Source: Bradymonadia bacterium
GTDB taxonomy: Bacteria; Myxococcota_A; Bradymonadia; UBA7976; UBA1532
DNA: 64,000 nucleotides
Direction of reading: 5' to 3'
NCBI GenBank assembly: GCA_049889275.1
Contig: JBMHDS010000085.1
Location: 153,470-217,469 of the forward strand
Shown: piece by piece, positions 10,530 to 19,875 of the stretch
Layout: each line of letters opens with the position of its first letter
How positions within the stretch are numbered: the first letter of the stretch is position 1
Position numbers and translations under genes: made by a program
Notes under the pieces: model-generated
Told to the model about the DNA's origin: nothing
The model's input: only the letters and a program-made list of their open reading frames with translations
Databases searched by the model: none

Positions 10530-11333
10530 TCAAAAATCGCCATTGATGGTGATTGAACTCTCCGATTCGTTGCCATGAAGCGCAATCAGCCCTCCATCAC
10601 CGAAGAGCGCGAGGGAAAGACCGCTCAGCAACGCTGCGGCCCCCACTCCAAAAGCAATATTCGCAGCAAAAGCCATGTCCTCGGCTTGGTCGCTCAATCG
10701 CCCAAAATCTCGTCGATATGTGCTGCGGATCTCTTTCGATGAGGCCTCTTCCGCTATGCTAAGGGCCCGTGTGCCGAAAAATGCGCCTACGCCAATACTG
10801 ACGAGGCCACCGGCAGCTGTCGCAGCGCCGATGTCCGACATTGACCATTTGCGCCAACGAAAACTGCTGCCGCCATCGCCCTCCTCATCGCCCAGTTCAA
10901 GCGGCCAAGTGACCTCCGTTAAACGGCCCGGGCTGGCATTGACCTTCGTGCTTCCTGTAATTTTAGCGCCTGTCTTGAAGACCACTTTATGTGCGCCAGG
11001 GGCGAGTGTCCAAGCTCCAGGCAGTGGCGTCTTACCAATAACCTCACCATCGAGTTCGACGGTGTAGCCGGGCTTATCTGTGCGGACACTGAGTTGGGTG
11101 GGCGCACTGGCGCGTGTCTTAGACTGTTTTTTCTTGTGCGAAGCGCCCGCCGCCTGAGTTTCAGTTTTTTGTTTTGCTTTGGCCTCGCCTTTAGCGGCCG
11201 TGCCAACAACGGGCTGAGCGAGCGCGGCGCTCGTTACCCACAACAGTCCAACAAAGGCTAGGCGCGCACATAACGTGCTATTCCTGTAAAAACATTGATT
11301 CAAATGGGTCACGAAACAACCACCTCTCCACAT
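10530..11333 (-). CDS. Secreted/membrane PEGA-domain protein
   Basis: Start moved to an internal ATG with a GGCGGAG ribosome-binding site (RBS) 15 nt after the lnt stop; signal-like hydrophobic N-terminus; PEGA-like motif YTVELDGEVIGKTPLPG; C-terminal TM segment. Confidence 0.5.
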   Translation of the reverse strand: MWRGGCFVTHLNQCFYRNSTLCARLAFVGLLWVTSAALAQPVVGTAAKGEAKAKQKTETQAAGASHKKKQSKTRASAPTQLSVRTDKPGYTVELDGEVIGKTPLPGAWTLAPGAHKVVFKTGAKITGSTKVNASPGRLTEVTWPLELGDEEGDGGSSFRWRKWSMSDIGAATAAGGLVSIGVGAFFGTRALSIAEEASSKEIRSTYRRDFGRLSDQAEDMAFAANIAFGVGAAALLSGLSLALFGDGGLIALHGNESESSITINGDF

Positions 11334-11347
11334 CGCTCCGCCAGCAT

Positions 11348-13039
11348 TCAGACCGCCCGCCGGCGTATTCGGCCCCAAAGGTACCACATTAGTGCCAAAG
11401 CAACAGCCATCCACGGAAAGAAGTCTCCGATCCGTTGATATATCGTTGCATTCGTGAGCAATGGAACCGACCACATGATTCGCTCCGGCTCATACATTCG
11501 CGTTGATTTGACAACCCGCCCATTTACATCCACAAAAGCACTCACACCGGTCAAAGTGCTGCGCACAAATGCAGTCCGATGTTCGATTGCTCGCGGTACA
11601 GTGAGCGCAAAATGGAGATAGCGTTCAGCGGTCTTTCCAAACCAATCGTCATTGGTCAAATTCGCGATAAAGTGGGCCCCCTTACCACTCAAATTCCGAG
11701 CAAAACCGGGCAAAATCCCCTCATAACAGATCAACACGCCAATACGAACTTCACCGACATCTGGAAACTCGGCCGACAGTACGTTGACTTTATCACCTGG
11801 CTCGAGTCGACCCGCTGACGGTATATATTTGTAGAACCAGGGCATCCATTCGATGAATGGCACATATTCTCCGAATGCCAGCAGGTACACTTTGTCGTAG
11901 GCACCGCTGACTCGCCCCTCTCTATCGAGCAAAAACGCGGTATTTCTTGGGATGTACGGTCCATCCCCTTCCCATCGCGGACCATTTGACGGTGCAATGC
12001 TCGTCGTGCCGAATAAAAGTGGAACGTCGAATCCCCGCTGAGGCGAGTTACGATCTTTGACCGGTGTACTGCGATCGTCGCGCCATCCCTTTGCCAACGG
12101 CACCATCGATCGGGGAAATGAGCTCGCGTTGCGATTTAATGGCCTTGCTCGATAGGCACTCTCAGGCCAGATGATAAGATCAGCCCCCTCCTCTGCCAAC
12201 TCTTGCGAAAGCCTCTGTTGGATCAATAAGTGGTCTCGTTGACGTTCAGCAGATTCAACTTGAAAAATGCCGACGTCGCCCTCTGCCACCCCGACGTTCA
12301 GCCGCTTCGCTTTGTGCATTTGTTCGTCAAAGTGAGCCATTCGAAAGAACCCATAAACCAGCGTCGAAGCCAGCATTAACACGGTCAGGTAAGTGGCCCT
12401 CATCGGCTTTGAACGGCCCTCGAGAAAAGCGCGCAGCCACAGGTAGAGTACGGCATTGACGCGATAGATCAGAAAGGTCACGGCACCAATACCAAAGATA
12501 TCGACGATCTGCATAATCGGTGGAAAAAGGTACTGACTGTTTCCCATGTACGCAGGGAATATGCGCGGCATCAAGAACTCAATCGCCACCATGACCATGG
12601 GCACAGACCACTCCACAGGCACCGATGTCGTATTGCTGATGCGATTGACAAGCCAGGCCCAGATGCCCCAAATCAAGCCCAGCTGAAGACTGTGTAGCAG
12701 CATAATCAGTATCGCGACCGGCCAGGGTAGCGCACCAAAGGTCTTCAACATTGAGGCCATCCAGTAATAGCCGCCCGTGTTGATTAAGAAACCGCAAGAG
12801 AGGCCCCAGCCGAAAGCTGCGCGGGGGGATTTCGTCCGCAACAAGAATAGAAGCGGTACATGGCTGACCCAAATCAGAGGCCAGAATGTGAATTCGGGTG
12901 CGAGTTCGGTTGGAAAAGACATGAATGTGGCGACCGCGGCCACCGAACATAGGACAACATCTGCAGGCCGCAAACTGACGATACGCTTCAGCAAAACGCC
13001 CTCGCCTGAGGCCCTGAGCACACGGTGAGCGCTGAGCAC
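11348..13039 (-). CDS. lnt: Apolipoprotein N-acyltransferase
   Basis: Multi-TM N-terminal domain plus CN-hydrolase domain (LIIWPESA, ICYEGILPG); start ambiguous (GTG/TTG candidates overlapping the upstream gene). Confidence 0.85.
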   Translation of the reverse strand: MLSAHRVLRASGEGVLLKRIVSLRPADVVLCSVAAVATFMSFPTELAPEFTFWPLIWVSHVPLLFLLRTKSPRAAFGWGLSCGFLINTGGYYWMASMLKTFGALPWPVAILIMLLHSLQLGLIWGIWAWLVNRISNTTSVPVEWSVPMVMVAIEFLMPRIFPAYMGNSQYLFPPIMQIVDIFGIGAVTFLIYRVNAVLYLWLRAFLEGRSKPMRATYLTVLMLASTLVYGFFRMAHFDEQMHKAKRLNVGVAEGDVGIFQVESAERQRDHLLIQQRLSQELAEEGADLIIWPESAYRARPLNRNASSFPRSMVPLAKGWRDDRSTPVKDRNSPQRGFDVPLLFGTTSIAPSNGPRWEGDGPYIPRNTAFLLDREGRVSGAYDKVYLLAFGEYVPFIEWMPWFYKYIPSAGRLEPGDKVNVLSAEFPDVGEVRIGVLICYEGILPGFARNLSGKGAHFIANLTNDDWFGKTAERYLHFALTVPRAIEHRTAFVRSTLTGVSAFVDVNGRVVKSTRMYEPERIMWSVPLLTNATIYQRIGDFFPWMAVALALMWYLWGRIRRRAV

Positions 13040-13950
13040 ACGAGAGAGAACTCCGCCGGCAGTTGACCCGCTCGTTCCCCATCGGTCTCGATGAGCACTG
13101 GCGCATCACCGAGCGGCTCTGCACGAATGACCCTTGCCCGATGCAAGGTCACTTTGTCGCGCTCTAAGTGGGTCCCGGCGAACAGTGCCGGTGTGCCCTT
13201 CGCGATCTCCCAAGTCGTTAAATTACCTAAACAAACAACGTCAAAGACGCCATCTGTCATCGACGCCTGCGGCGCAACATGCATACCGCCACCAAAGAAC
13301 TGGGCGTTGGCCACGACGCCATTGTAAAATGTGCCACTTAGCACAATCTCGTCGGGCTCACCTGGATCGAGAATAATGCGCATTGGCTGGTTTTTATACT
13401 TGAGTGTCCCGCGCGCCACGCCCATTAGAAAACTCGCCTTCCCGCCCAAGGCCTTCGATGACGTATTCACCGCTTCGACGACGTGGCCGGAGACACCAAA
13501 GCTCGAGATGTTAATAAATGCCCCCGTCTCCTGGTCACCGCAAGCCGTCGTGTATGCGATTCGACCGATGTCCACTCGACGTGGGTTCTCACCAACGTAT
13601 TGAACCGCATCAACAGCCGAATCTGGTAAGCCGAGACTCCGTCGAAAGTCTCCTCCGGTGCCCGTGGGTAGTATCGAAAGCACCACATCATCAACAACGG
13701 TGCCATCATCGGTCAAGCAGCCATTGACCACTTCATTATGTGTTCCGTCCCCTCCGACCGATACAATTGACCGATAGCCCGCCTCAAGCGCTTGTCTTGT
13801 CAATGTGGTGGCATGACCAGGGGCCTTCGTTTCAAAGATCTGAAAGTCCGAAACCTTGGCGCGCAATGCTTGCGCGAGACGCGGCCAACGTTTGCCGGTT
13901 GCGCCATTTGCACTCGCAGGGTTCAGAATGACAGCATACCCCTCGCTCAT
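12988..13950 (-). CDS. DAGK_cat-family lipid kinase (YegS/BmrU-like)
   Basis: AVILNPASANG...GKRW and SVGGDGTHNEVVNG motifs of the diacylglycerol-kinase catalytic domain family. Confidence 0.8.
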   Translation of the reverse strand: MSEGYAVILNPASANGATGKRWPRLAQALRAKVSDFQIFETKAPGHATTLTRQALEAGYRSIVSVGGDGTHNEVVNGCLTDDGTVVDDVVLSILPTGTGGDFRRSLGLPDSAVDAVQYVGENPRRVDIGRIAYTTACGDQETGAFINISSFGVSGHVVEAVNTSSKALGGKASFLMGVARGTLKYKNQPMRIILDPGEPDEIVLSGTFYNGVVANAQFFGGGMHVAPQASMTDGVFDVVCLGNLTTWEIAKGTPALFAGTHLERDKVTLHRARVIRAEPLGDAPVLIETDGERAGQLPAEFSLVCSALTVCSGPQARAFC

Positions 13951-14993
13951 GCGCTCTCCTCCATCCCTAAGCTTGCGAGCAAGAGACTGCTCAGTCGAGA
14001 AACCTGCCTTTTGTGTAACGAGTTTCTAAGGTGTCTTGAGCAGCCGCCTAACGCAACGATATGACTTGATTCAACATCTTCAAACAGGTCTTCTCCCATC
14101 CGCGCACCCAGCTCCGGATAGCGTCCCGCGAAGCCATCGCCTGCACCGCAACACGCCGCACGGTCCGCGTTGAGTAAAGTCTCTTCGACAGCACCCGTAG
14201 TCAGTCGTGACAAGATCTCGCTTACGATACCAAGCCACCTTGGCTCAGCAAACAGACGACAGGGATGCACGGGCACCATTGGAGCCTCGGTCACCGCTGC
14301 GATCTGCTCCATCTGATCCTCGACAAGAGACAGCACAAAGACCACCGATACGCTCTCTCGAAGCGGATCGTAAGTCGGTGACATGAGAGTCCGATAGTCG
14401 TCGGGGTCGAGACACACGATACTCTGGCAACCAACGGCTTGCGTAGTTACATGGCGTACGTGCTTAGCAAACAGGTCTGCGCGTCCTGCCTGCAAAAAAC
14501 GGCCACCGCTGTGCCAAAAAAACTCGTCAGTATAAGCATTGTCGATATCGAGGCACTTTAGAACACCGGCCCATTCTCTCAGTTCTTCGGGTTCGAGTTG
14601 GCCGGGCAGTATCAGACAATCTCCCTCGGCCGGCCACATCTCGAACGACCTTGTCAAACCCAGCTGGGCCAGCTCGTGTTCGAGCTGCGGGTTGTCGGTC
14701 CGCATACTGGCTGTCTGTACGCGTAATTTTTGAACAGCCTCGTGTACCGGATTGTCGTGTTTGCAGTGGGCTGTGCACGCGCCGCAACCAGCGCAATGGT
14801 CCCAAATCTCTGCAACGGAAGCATCGAGTTTTACAAACCCGCGCCGTACGTCATCGGCCAAGGTCATTAAGCCCCAAGGCGTCACTGCCTCACGACCCTC
14901 AGCCTCGGCTACGCCACAAGCGAATCGACATAACTTTGGGCAGAAAACACATGTCTCTACAATATCTGCAAGGTCTTCTAAATCGAGCTTCAT
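13947..14993 (-). CDS. Fe-S oxidoreductase subunit (GlcF/GlpC-like, CCG domains)
   Basis: CxxCxxxCxxxC and CAGCGACTAHC ferredoxin-like cysteine clusters plus a CCG motif (ACCGAG); start set at the internal ATG (MKLDLEDL) directly abutting the upstream gene stop. Confidence 0.7.
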   Translation of the reverse strand: MKLDLEDLADIVETCVFCPKLCRFACGVAEAEGREAVTPWGLMTLADDVRRGFVKLDASVAEIWDHCAGCGACTAHCKHDNPVHEAVQKLRVQTASMRTDNPQLEHELAQLGLTRSFEMWPAEGDCLILPGQLEPEELREWAGVLKCLDIDNAYTDEFFWHSGGRFLQAGRADLFAKHVRHVTTQAVGCQSIVCLDPDDYRTLMSPTYDPLRESVSVVFVLSLVEDQMEQIAAVTEAPMVPVHPCRLFAEPRWLGIVSEILSRLTTGAVEETLLNADRAACCGAGDGFAGRYPELGARMGEDLFEDVESSHIVALGGCSRHLRNSLHKRQVSRLSSLLLASLGMEESA

Positions 14994-15973
14994 CGAGCCC
15001 CCTCCCCCGCTGCAAGATGCTCTTCGAACTTGGCTGCAAGCGCCCGCCACCCATCATCAGCTCCCGTATCGAGGCGCCCAACACAAAGGACTGCCCCGGG
15101 TTTGAAGTCAAAGGCAGGCTGACCTTCCCACGTCCCAGCCTCGATCCAAGAGGGCCTTTGACTCGGCCGTTCGTAAGGTACGCGCTCGACCCGCTCTAGA
15201 GCTGGAAAGCACGCTCGCAAGTACGTCTCCACATCCTTCACGAGACAGCTCGATGAGAATGTTCCGGTCAACTGCCAAACAGCGCCAACGCGCTCTCCCT
15301 GCCAGTAATCAGGCTGAAGTCCGCGTGCCTGGATCGAGTTGACCGCGTCCAATAAACGTCCTCGTTCGTCAAACTCGAGACGTACAGAAATTTGCGTAGT
15401 CTCAAGCGGCCATAGCTGGAGCACGCATTCACTCAGAATGACGCCTCGCGCCCGCGGCGTCATCATGCATCGAGCGAGGTCAGGCCCCATCGAACGGCGC
15501 GGTGCTAAAGCACATCGCGTCAGCCCGGTAGCCGTCGCCGCCGTCAGCGACAAGACCATATCTCTCACAGCTCCATAGCGCGGTGAAGGGCGTGGGATGT
15601 ACTCACTTGACAGCATATCGTGAACGGTGCCACGCCGACATCCGTCGGATAACGGTCCAAGCGTGAACCCTTCATGGCGGGCCGCGGTCTCGACCGCCGC
15701 CACTGATGCCGCTGCCCCAACAACGGCGTAGCAACCCTTCCGGCTGATTCGAAGAATGCCATTCAGCGCAGAAATGTCGACCTGAATCACCGCTGGGTCA
15801 AAGTCGAAGGCCGGCGTCGAGACAACCTGCCAACGTTCAGTCGCTTGCTGAAGCCCAGTCAGTAATGAGACCGCCTCCTCATCTGATTGGACGGCGACCA
15901 CACGCGCGCCCTCACTGGAGACCAATGCGCTCCAACCGCCGAGTAAGGTGACCCTCTTCCACCGCTGAGCCAT
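14990..15973 (-). CDS. GlcE-like FAD-binding subunit (degenerate PCMH domain)
   Basis: GPDLARCMMTPRARGVILSECVLQLWP resembles the FAD-linked oxidase motif (GYDL..GSEGTLG..) but with substituted glycines; TAATG overlap with the upstream oxidase gene. Confidence 0.5.
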   Translation of the reverse strand: MAQRWKRVTLLGGWSALVSSEGARVVAVQSDEEAVSLLTGLQQATERWQVVSTPAFDFDPAVIQVDISALNGILRISRKGCYAVVGAAASVAAVETAARHEGFTLGPLSDGCRRGTVHDMLSSEYIPRPSPRYGAVRDMVLSLTAATATGLTRCALAPRRSMGPDLARCMMTPRARGVILSECVLQLWPLETTQISVRLEFDERGRLLDAVNSIQARGLQPDYWQGERVGAVWQLTGTFSSSCLVKDVETYLRACFPALERVERVPYERPSQRPSWIEAGTWEGQPAFDFKPGAVLCVGRLDTGADDGWRALAAKFEEHLAAGEGAR

Positions 15974-17496
15974 TAGCGCATGACCTTCCCTGGGTTCATG
16001 ATACCCACTGGGTCGAGGGTTGACTTCAATGCGCTAAAAACATCTACAGCAGAGCCGTTTGCTGCCGCCATGTGTGACATTCTCGATAGCCCAACGCCGT
16101 GATGATGCGCGATGGCGGCACCGGCCTGCAGTGCCGCATCGAGGCCAGCATGCCAAGCCGCACGGTATTTTGTGCGGATTTTTTCAACGCTAGGCGCGCT
16201 TCCTGCCATGGTAAAATAAATGGAACACCCACCTGGATACACGTGAGAGAAGTGGGCCATGACGACCACATAAGGGGCCATCGCCCGCCTGACAGTATCG
16301 TAAACTTGATAGACATTTTCCCAAGTGGTGGCCACCTCAAAGGTGTCGACGAAACAGCCTGCGCGATACAGTTTACTCTGCTTGAAGCTCACATCGTAAC
16401 GATGGTTCATCCAGGCCCGGGCTGGACCTTCTCCCTGGTCTTCTCCGCCGTGCTCACGAGCAATATGGGCGAGGCTATCTGCGGTCATTCGCGACTCTTC
16501 AATACTGCCCTCGGACACCGTGATCGCTAACACAGGCCCTCGCCAGGCTCTCACAAAGGCATTCGATAAGCGTGCCTGACCGAGCGCGAAACGAAGCGCC
16601 CCCTTCTTAGACGTCCCCCCTCGGGACGGCCCGCTGAGTAACCCTCTCAAACGACCCGAGAGCCCATTCATGGACTCGTTGGGATCGGCGCCAACCATCC
16701 GCGTATCGAGTGGGTCGTACATTCTGAGTACAGCTGGCCGTAAACCACCGATCATAGCATCTCGAAAGAATCCGAGACCCGACTGAATATCCGGCATCAG
16801 CCACGCTCTGAAGTGCCGGGCTGCTGGAAATTGGTGCAGACGCAAAGTCGCCGCGGTGATCACACCGAGTGTCCCCTCACTCCCGATGAAGACTTGGTTC
16901 CAATCCAAGCCATCAATTTGACTCGGCGTCTTTCGAACTAGCCCATCAGCTGTGACCACTTCGAGGCTCTCGACCATGTCTTCGATCTTACCGTAGCGCG
17001 AGCTGCATTGGCCCGCCGACCGAGTCGCAACCCAACCACCTACGGTCGAACACAAGATGCTCGACGGGAAATGACCCAAAGACAGGTCACGCCGATTTAG
17101 CCAACGTTCAAAACGTTCCCCGTTATATCCAGCTTCGACTTCTACAATGCGTTTCGTCGTGTCGAGTGCGCGAATGCGTCTGAGACCTTTCAAGTCAAGC
17201 ACCACTGAGCCCTTGGCCGGCACAGTACCGCCACAGACACCGCTGCCGGCGCCGAAGGGTACAATGGGTACGCGCTGATTGCGGCAAACATCGATCACCC
17301 GGGCCACCGACGCGACATCATTTGGATAAGCCACATACTGCGGCGGAGTGAGTTCATCACCGCACAGGCGGTCGAGTTGCATCTGTGGCCAGAGATCGCG
17401 GGCGTAGGCCCGTTTGGTCGCCTCACCGAGGCACACTTGTGCATCTGAGAGCGCGCCGACGAGGCCGCGATATAGTTCGGTGCTTGCTTCGGTCAT
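15973..17496 (-). CDS. FAD-linked oxidase, VAO/PCMH family (GlcD / D-lactate dehydrogenase / alkyl-DHAP synthase-like)
   Basis: PFGAGSG...GGTVP FAD-binding PCMH domain, GSEGTLGVIT, and C-terminal IAHHHGVG (a His-His-His variant of the usual SxEHGxG motif). Confidence 0.8.
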   Translation of the reverse strand: MTEASTELYRGLVGALSDAQVCLGEATKRAYARDLWPQMQLDRLCGDELTPPQYVAYPNDVASVARVIDVCRNQRVPIVPFGAGSGVCGGTVPAKGSVVLDLKGLRRIRALDTTKRIVEVEAGYNGERFERWLNRRDLSLGHFPSSILCSTVGGWVATRSAGQCSSRYGKIEDMVESLEVVTADGLVRKTPSQIDGLDWNQVFIGSEGTLGVITAATLRLHQFPAARHFRAWLMPDIQSGLGFFRDAMIGGLRPAVLRMYDPLDTRMVGADPNESMNGLSGRLRGLLSGPSRGGTSKKGALRFALGQARLSNAFVRAWRGPVLAITVSEGSIEESRMTADSLAHIAREHGGEDQGEGPARAWMNHRYDVSFKQSKLYRAGCFVDTFEVATTWENVYQVYDTVRRAMAPYVVVMAHFSHVYPGGCSIYFTMAGSAPSVEKIRTKYRAAWHAGLDAALQAGAAIAHHHGVGLSRMSHMAAANGSAVDVFSALKSTLDPVGIMNPGKVMR

Positions 17497-17658
17497 TGAT
17501 AGGGATTAACCGGTCAGGGCCCTCGGATCAAGGCATTCTTACCGTTGCGACTCGGCGTGGTTAAACCTTGACGCAGGCACGCTGTCCCTGGATGCGCGGA
17601 CGACAACTGTTGATGATATCTTGATGCATTAATCACCCAAGCTGCTTATGCTGCCAGT

Positions 17659-18366
17659 ATGAGCCGAAGTTTAATCATAGCAGCGCTGCTCTTCGCCTGG
17701 ACAGAGGGGGTCGCACGAGAGCCTCTCCGCAACGATAGAGACCCGATCCTAGATTCCGAACAAGCACCTGAAAACAAACGACTCAAGCGCCCAGACTCAG
17801 CGCCCAATGGGCTCATCGTTCGCAGCAGTGGCTTAATCTACTTCGGAGACGTCCACAGCTACCTCTTACCGGAGCAAAGTCGTCTACTATCGGGTGCTCG
17901 CCCGGGTCTCGGGTTTGGACTCGGCGCCCGTGTCGGGGCCCGTTTAGAGTTGGCTGTTGATGTGAGCCTGGGGTTAGGCAAGACCTTCGAGATCGACAGG
18001 CCTCAAGGGAAGAGCGCCTTTGATGTGCTCATCGATCCCCGCGTACACATCCATGTCGTAGAGCATGACCCGTTGAGTGTTTATGCGGGCCTTGGTGTCC
18101 TCTTTGGCCTCTTTGACCTTGAGAAGTCTGGCGTGAGCCAAGCTGGACTCGGCCCCAGTCTATCCGTTGGAGCGCTGCTCGCAATCGACCGTCACTTCGG
18201 CCTGTTTATTGATTTGAGCGGCTCTTATTTCTACGACGCGCTCGCCTATTCATATCGTGAAGATGAGACGGGCTTTGGACAATCAATGGAACGTCTGTCC
18301 AAGGAAGAAGGCGACTGGTTCAGAATATATCGCATGACCTTGGGATTACGTTTGGCTGGTTTTTAA
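17659..18366 (+). CDS. Small outer-membrane beta-barrel protein (hypothetical)
   Basis: Signal peptide; alternating hydrophobic pattern; C-terminal beta-signal ...LGLRLAGF ending in Phe. Confidence 0.5.
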   Translation: MSRSLIIAALLFAWTEGVAREPLRNDRDPILDSEQAPENKRLKRPDSAPNGLIVRSSGLIYFGDVHSYLLPEQSRLLSGARPGLGFGLGARVGARLELAVDVSLGLGKTFEIDRPQGKSAFDVLIDPRVHIHVVEHDPLSVYAGLGVLFGLFDLEKSGVSQAGLGPSLSVGALLAIDRHFGLFIDLSGSYFYDALAYSYREDETGFGQSMERLSKEEGDWFRIYRMTLGLRLAGF

Positions 18367-18749
18367 GTGGCAAAAAGTGGCCGTCGAAGAGGGAGCTGTC
18401 AGCGCGACAAGCTCCTTTCTTCGACGGAAGATATCCACCTTGGGCAGTGGCGAATACCAACGGAGGATTCGCTGTTCATCACAAAGCAGCGAGTGGGTAT
18501 TTTCACCTTCTCAGGCGTTGGGCAATACCCGCACATGGTACGAATCGAAAAGGTCTCACAATGTGTAAGACACGGAGACTCGTTCCATCTGCGCGTTTGC
18601 CCATCAGCGATGAAGCTCGGCGGTCGACATCCGAAGTGGGTGTCATCGCTAGATGGCCTCATTCGCGTTGAGGCCAATCTAAGCATTCATAGGCCACCGA
18701 TAGTCACCAACCCTGCGGGGCCACCGCCGGGCTGGTAACACGGCAGTCT

Positions 18750-19793
18750 TTAGCCAACCGCAGCCGTAGTGGTTTGTTCCACCGACTTGGAAGATGAGAA
18801 CATTTGACTGTACATCTTCACACTTTCGATAGACTCAAGCCCAAGAATCTCGGCCAGAGCGACGGGGTCTTCATTCTGTGCCCAGTACTGCAACGCAAAT
18901 GTATTGCGCAACAGCTGGGGCGAGGCTGTCACCCGCGCGAAGGTTGCGTGTTTGCGTACAACTCGCTGCACACCATTGATGCTCAAGCGACCACGCTCAC
19001 CCACGAACAGCGGCCAGTCACTCAGAGGCCCCATCGCATCGAAGGGCATCGGTGAGTTTGGCAGCGTCTTCAAAGCCGGTACCTGTGCCGGGTTCGGTGG
19101 TTCAATGCTGTCAGAAGGAGGCCAACCACCACTTGCAGGCAGCACGATCTCACCATCGGCCGGCAACTCGAGCAATCCGCGTTCACCAAGACTCCAAGCG
19201 AGTTTGCGTGCCGCTCGAGTCGGTAACGGCACCACCCGGGTGTACTTTGAACGCACCGTCAACTCACCGCTTCCGAAATCCACGTCGCCCACATCGAGGT
19301 CGACAAGTTCGCTGATACGCATACCGCTATCGAGTAACGCGTAGATAATTGCTTGGTCTCTAAAGCAGCCTCGACGGTCAACGTAGTTGAGCAGTTGGTG
19401 GACATCCTCTGCGGGCATTACACGCGGTGCACGCTCGGCTCTCTTCAGCTTTGCTTCATCGCGTATCGCGCTCACAGTCACGTCATCCACGAGCCCGTTC
19501 GCCCCTAACCAGACAACATAGCTTCGTGCGAAAGCCAGTCGGCGTAATACGGTTGATGGGCTACGGCCTTTTCGCTCCGAATCCCGCCGCCAGCCAGCGA
19601 CCACATTGGCCGAGAGCGCGAGTCCGTCGAATGTCTCACCTTCGCTGCGACGGTACCAGATGGTGAGGTCCTGCCAATCTGAACGGTAAGACCGTGTTGT
19701 CGATGCGCGTCGACCACGCAGTTCCAACCATCCAAGGAATTCATCGAAGCGCTCACACTCAGCAGGTGTCGCAAATCGGTTTGAAATCGTCAT
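18750..19793 (-). CDS. Tyrosine recombinase / phage-integrase family protein (recombinase A), with substituted catalytic histidines
   Basis: SAM-like N-terminal domain (TTRSYRSDW), box I GMRISEL, LLRNTFA and C-terminal ...VKMY; His positions of the canonical HxLRH...GH...Y pattern read Q/N and L. Starts 82 nt downstream of the flagellin A stop on the same strand. Confidence 0.8.
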   Translation of the reverse strand: MTISNRFATPAECERFDEFLGWLELRGRRASTTRSYRSDWQDLTIWYRRSEGETFDGLALSANVVAGWRRDSERKGRSPSTVLRRLAFARSYVVWLGANGLVDDVTVSAIRDEAKLKRAERAPRVMPAEDVHQLLNYVDRRGCFRDQAIIYALLDSGMRISELVDLDVGDVDFGSGELTVRSKYTRVVPLPTRAARKLAWSLGERGLLELPADGEIVLPASGGWPPSDSIEPPNPAQVPALKTLPNSPMPFDAMGPLSDWPLFVGERGRLSINGVQRVVRKHATFARVTASPQLLRNTFALQYWAQNEDPVALAEILGLESIESVKMYSQMFSSSKSVEQTTTAAVG

Positions 19794-19875
19794 GTCTATC
19801 TCCTGGCAAATTCTGAGGAAGCCGTAGGACTCAGCCTACGGCCGGTTTGATTCACTGCGACCGAATGTCACGCCT

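Noticed and set aside
10261-10530. CIRCE (HrcA) element or sigma-32 promoter upstream of dnaK
   Set aside because: No TTAGCACTC-N9-GAGTGCTAA inverted repeat. A TTGACA hexamer is present but the best -10 (ATTTTC) is weak; not reported as a feature.
10675-11209. 130-aa and 96-aa ORFs opposite the PEGA-protein gene
   Set aside because: Antisense/alternative-frame ORFs inside a better-supported gene, with low-complexity Pro/Ser composition.
18367-18738. 123-aa ORF between the OMP gene and recombinase A
   Set aside because: Lower-GC, poor composition, several overlapping ORFs on both strands; more likely a non-coding junction region (possible att or regulatory DNA).
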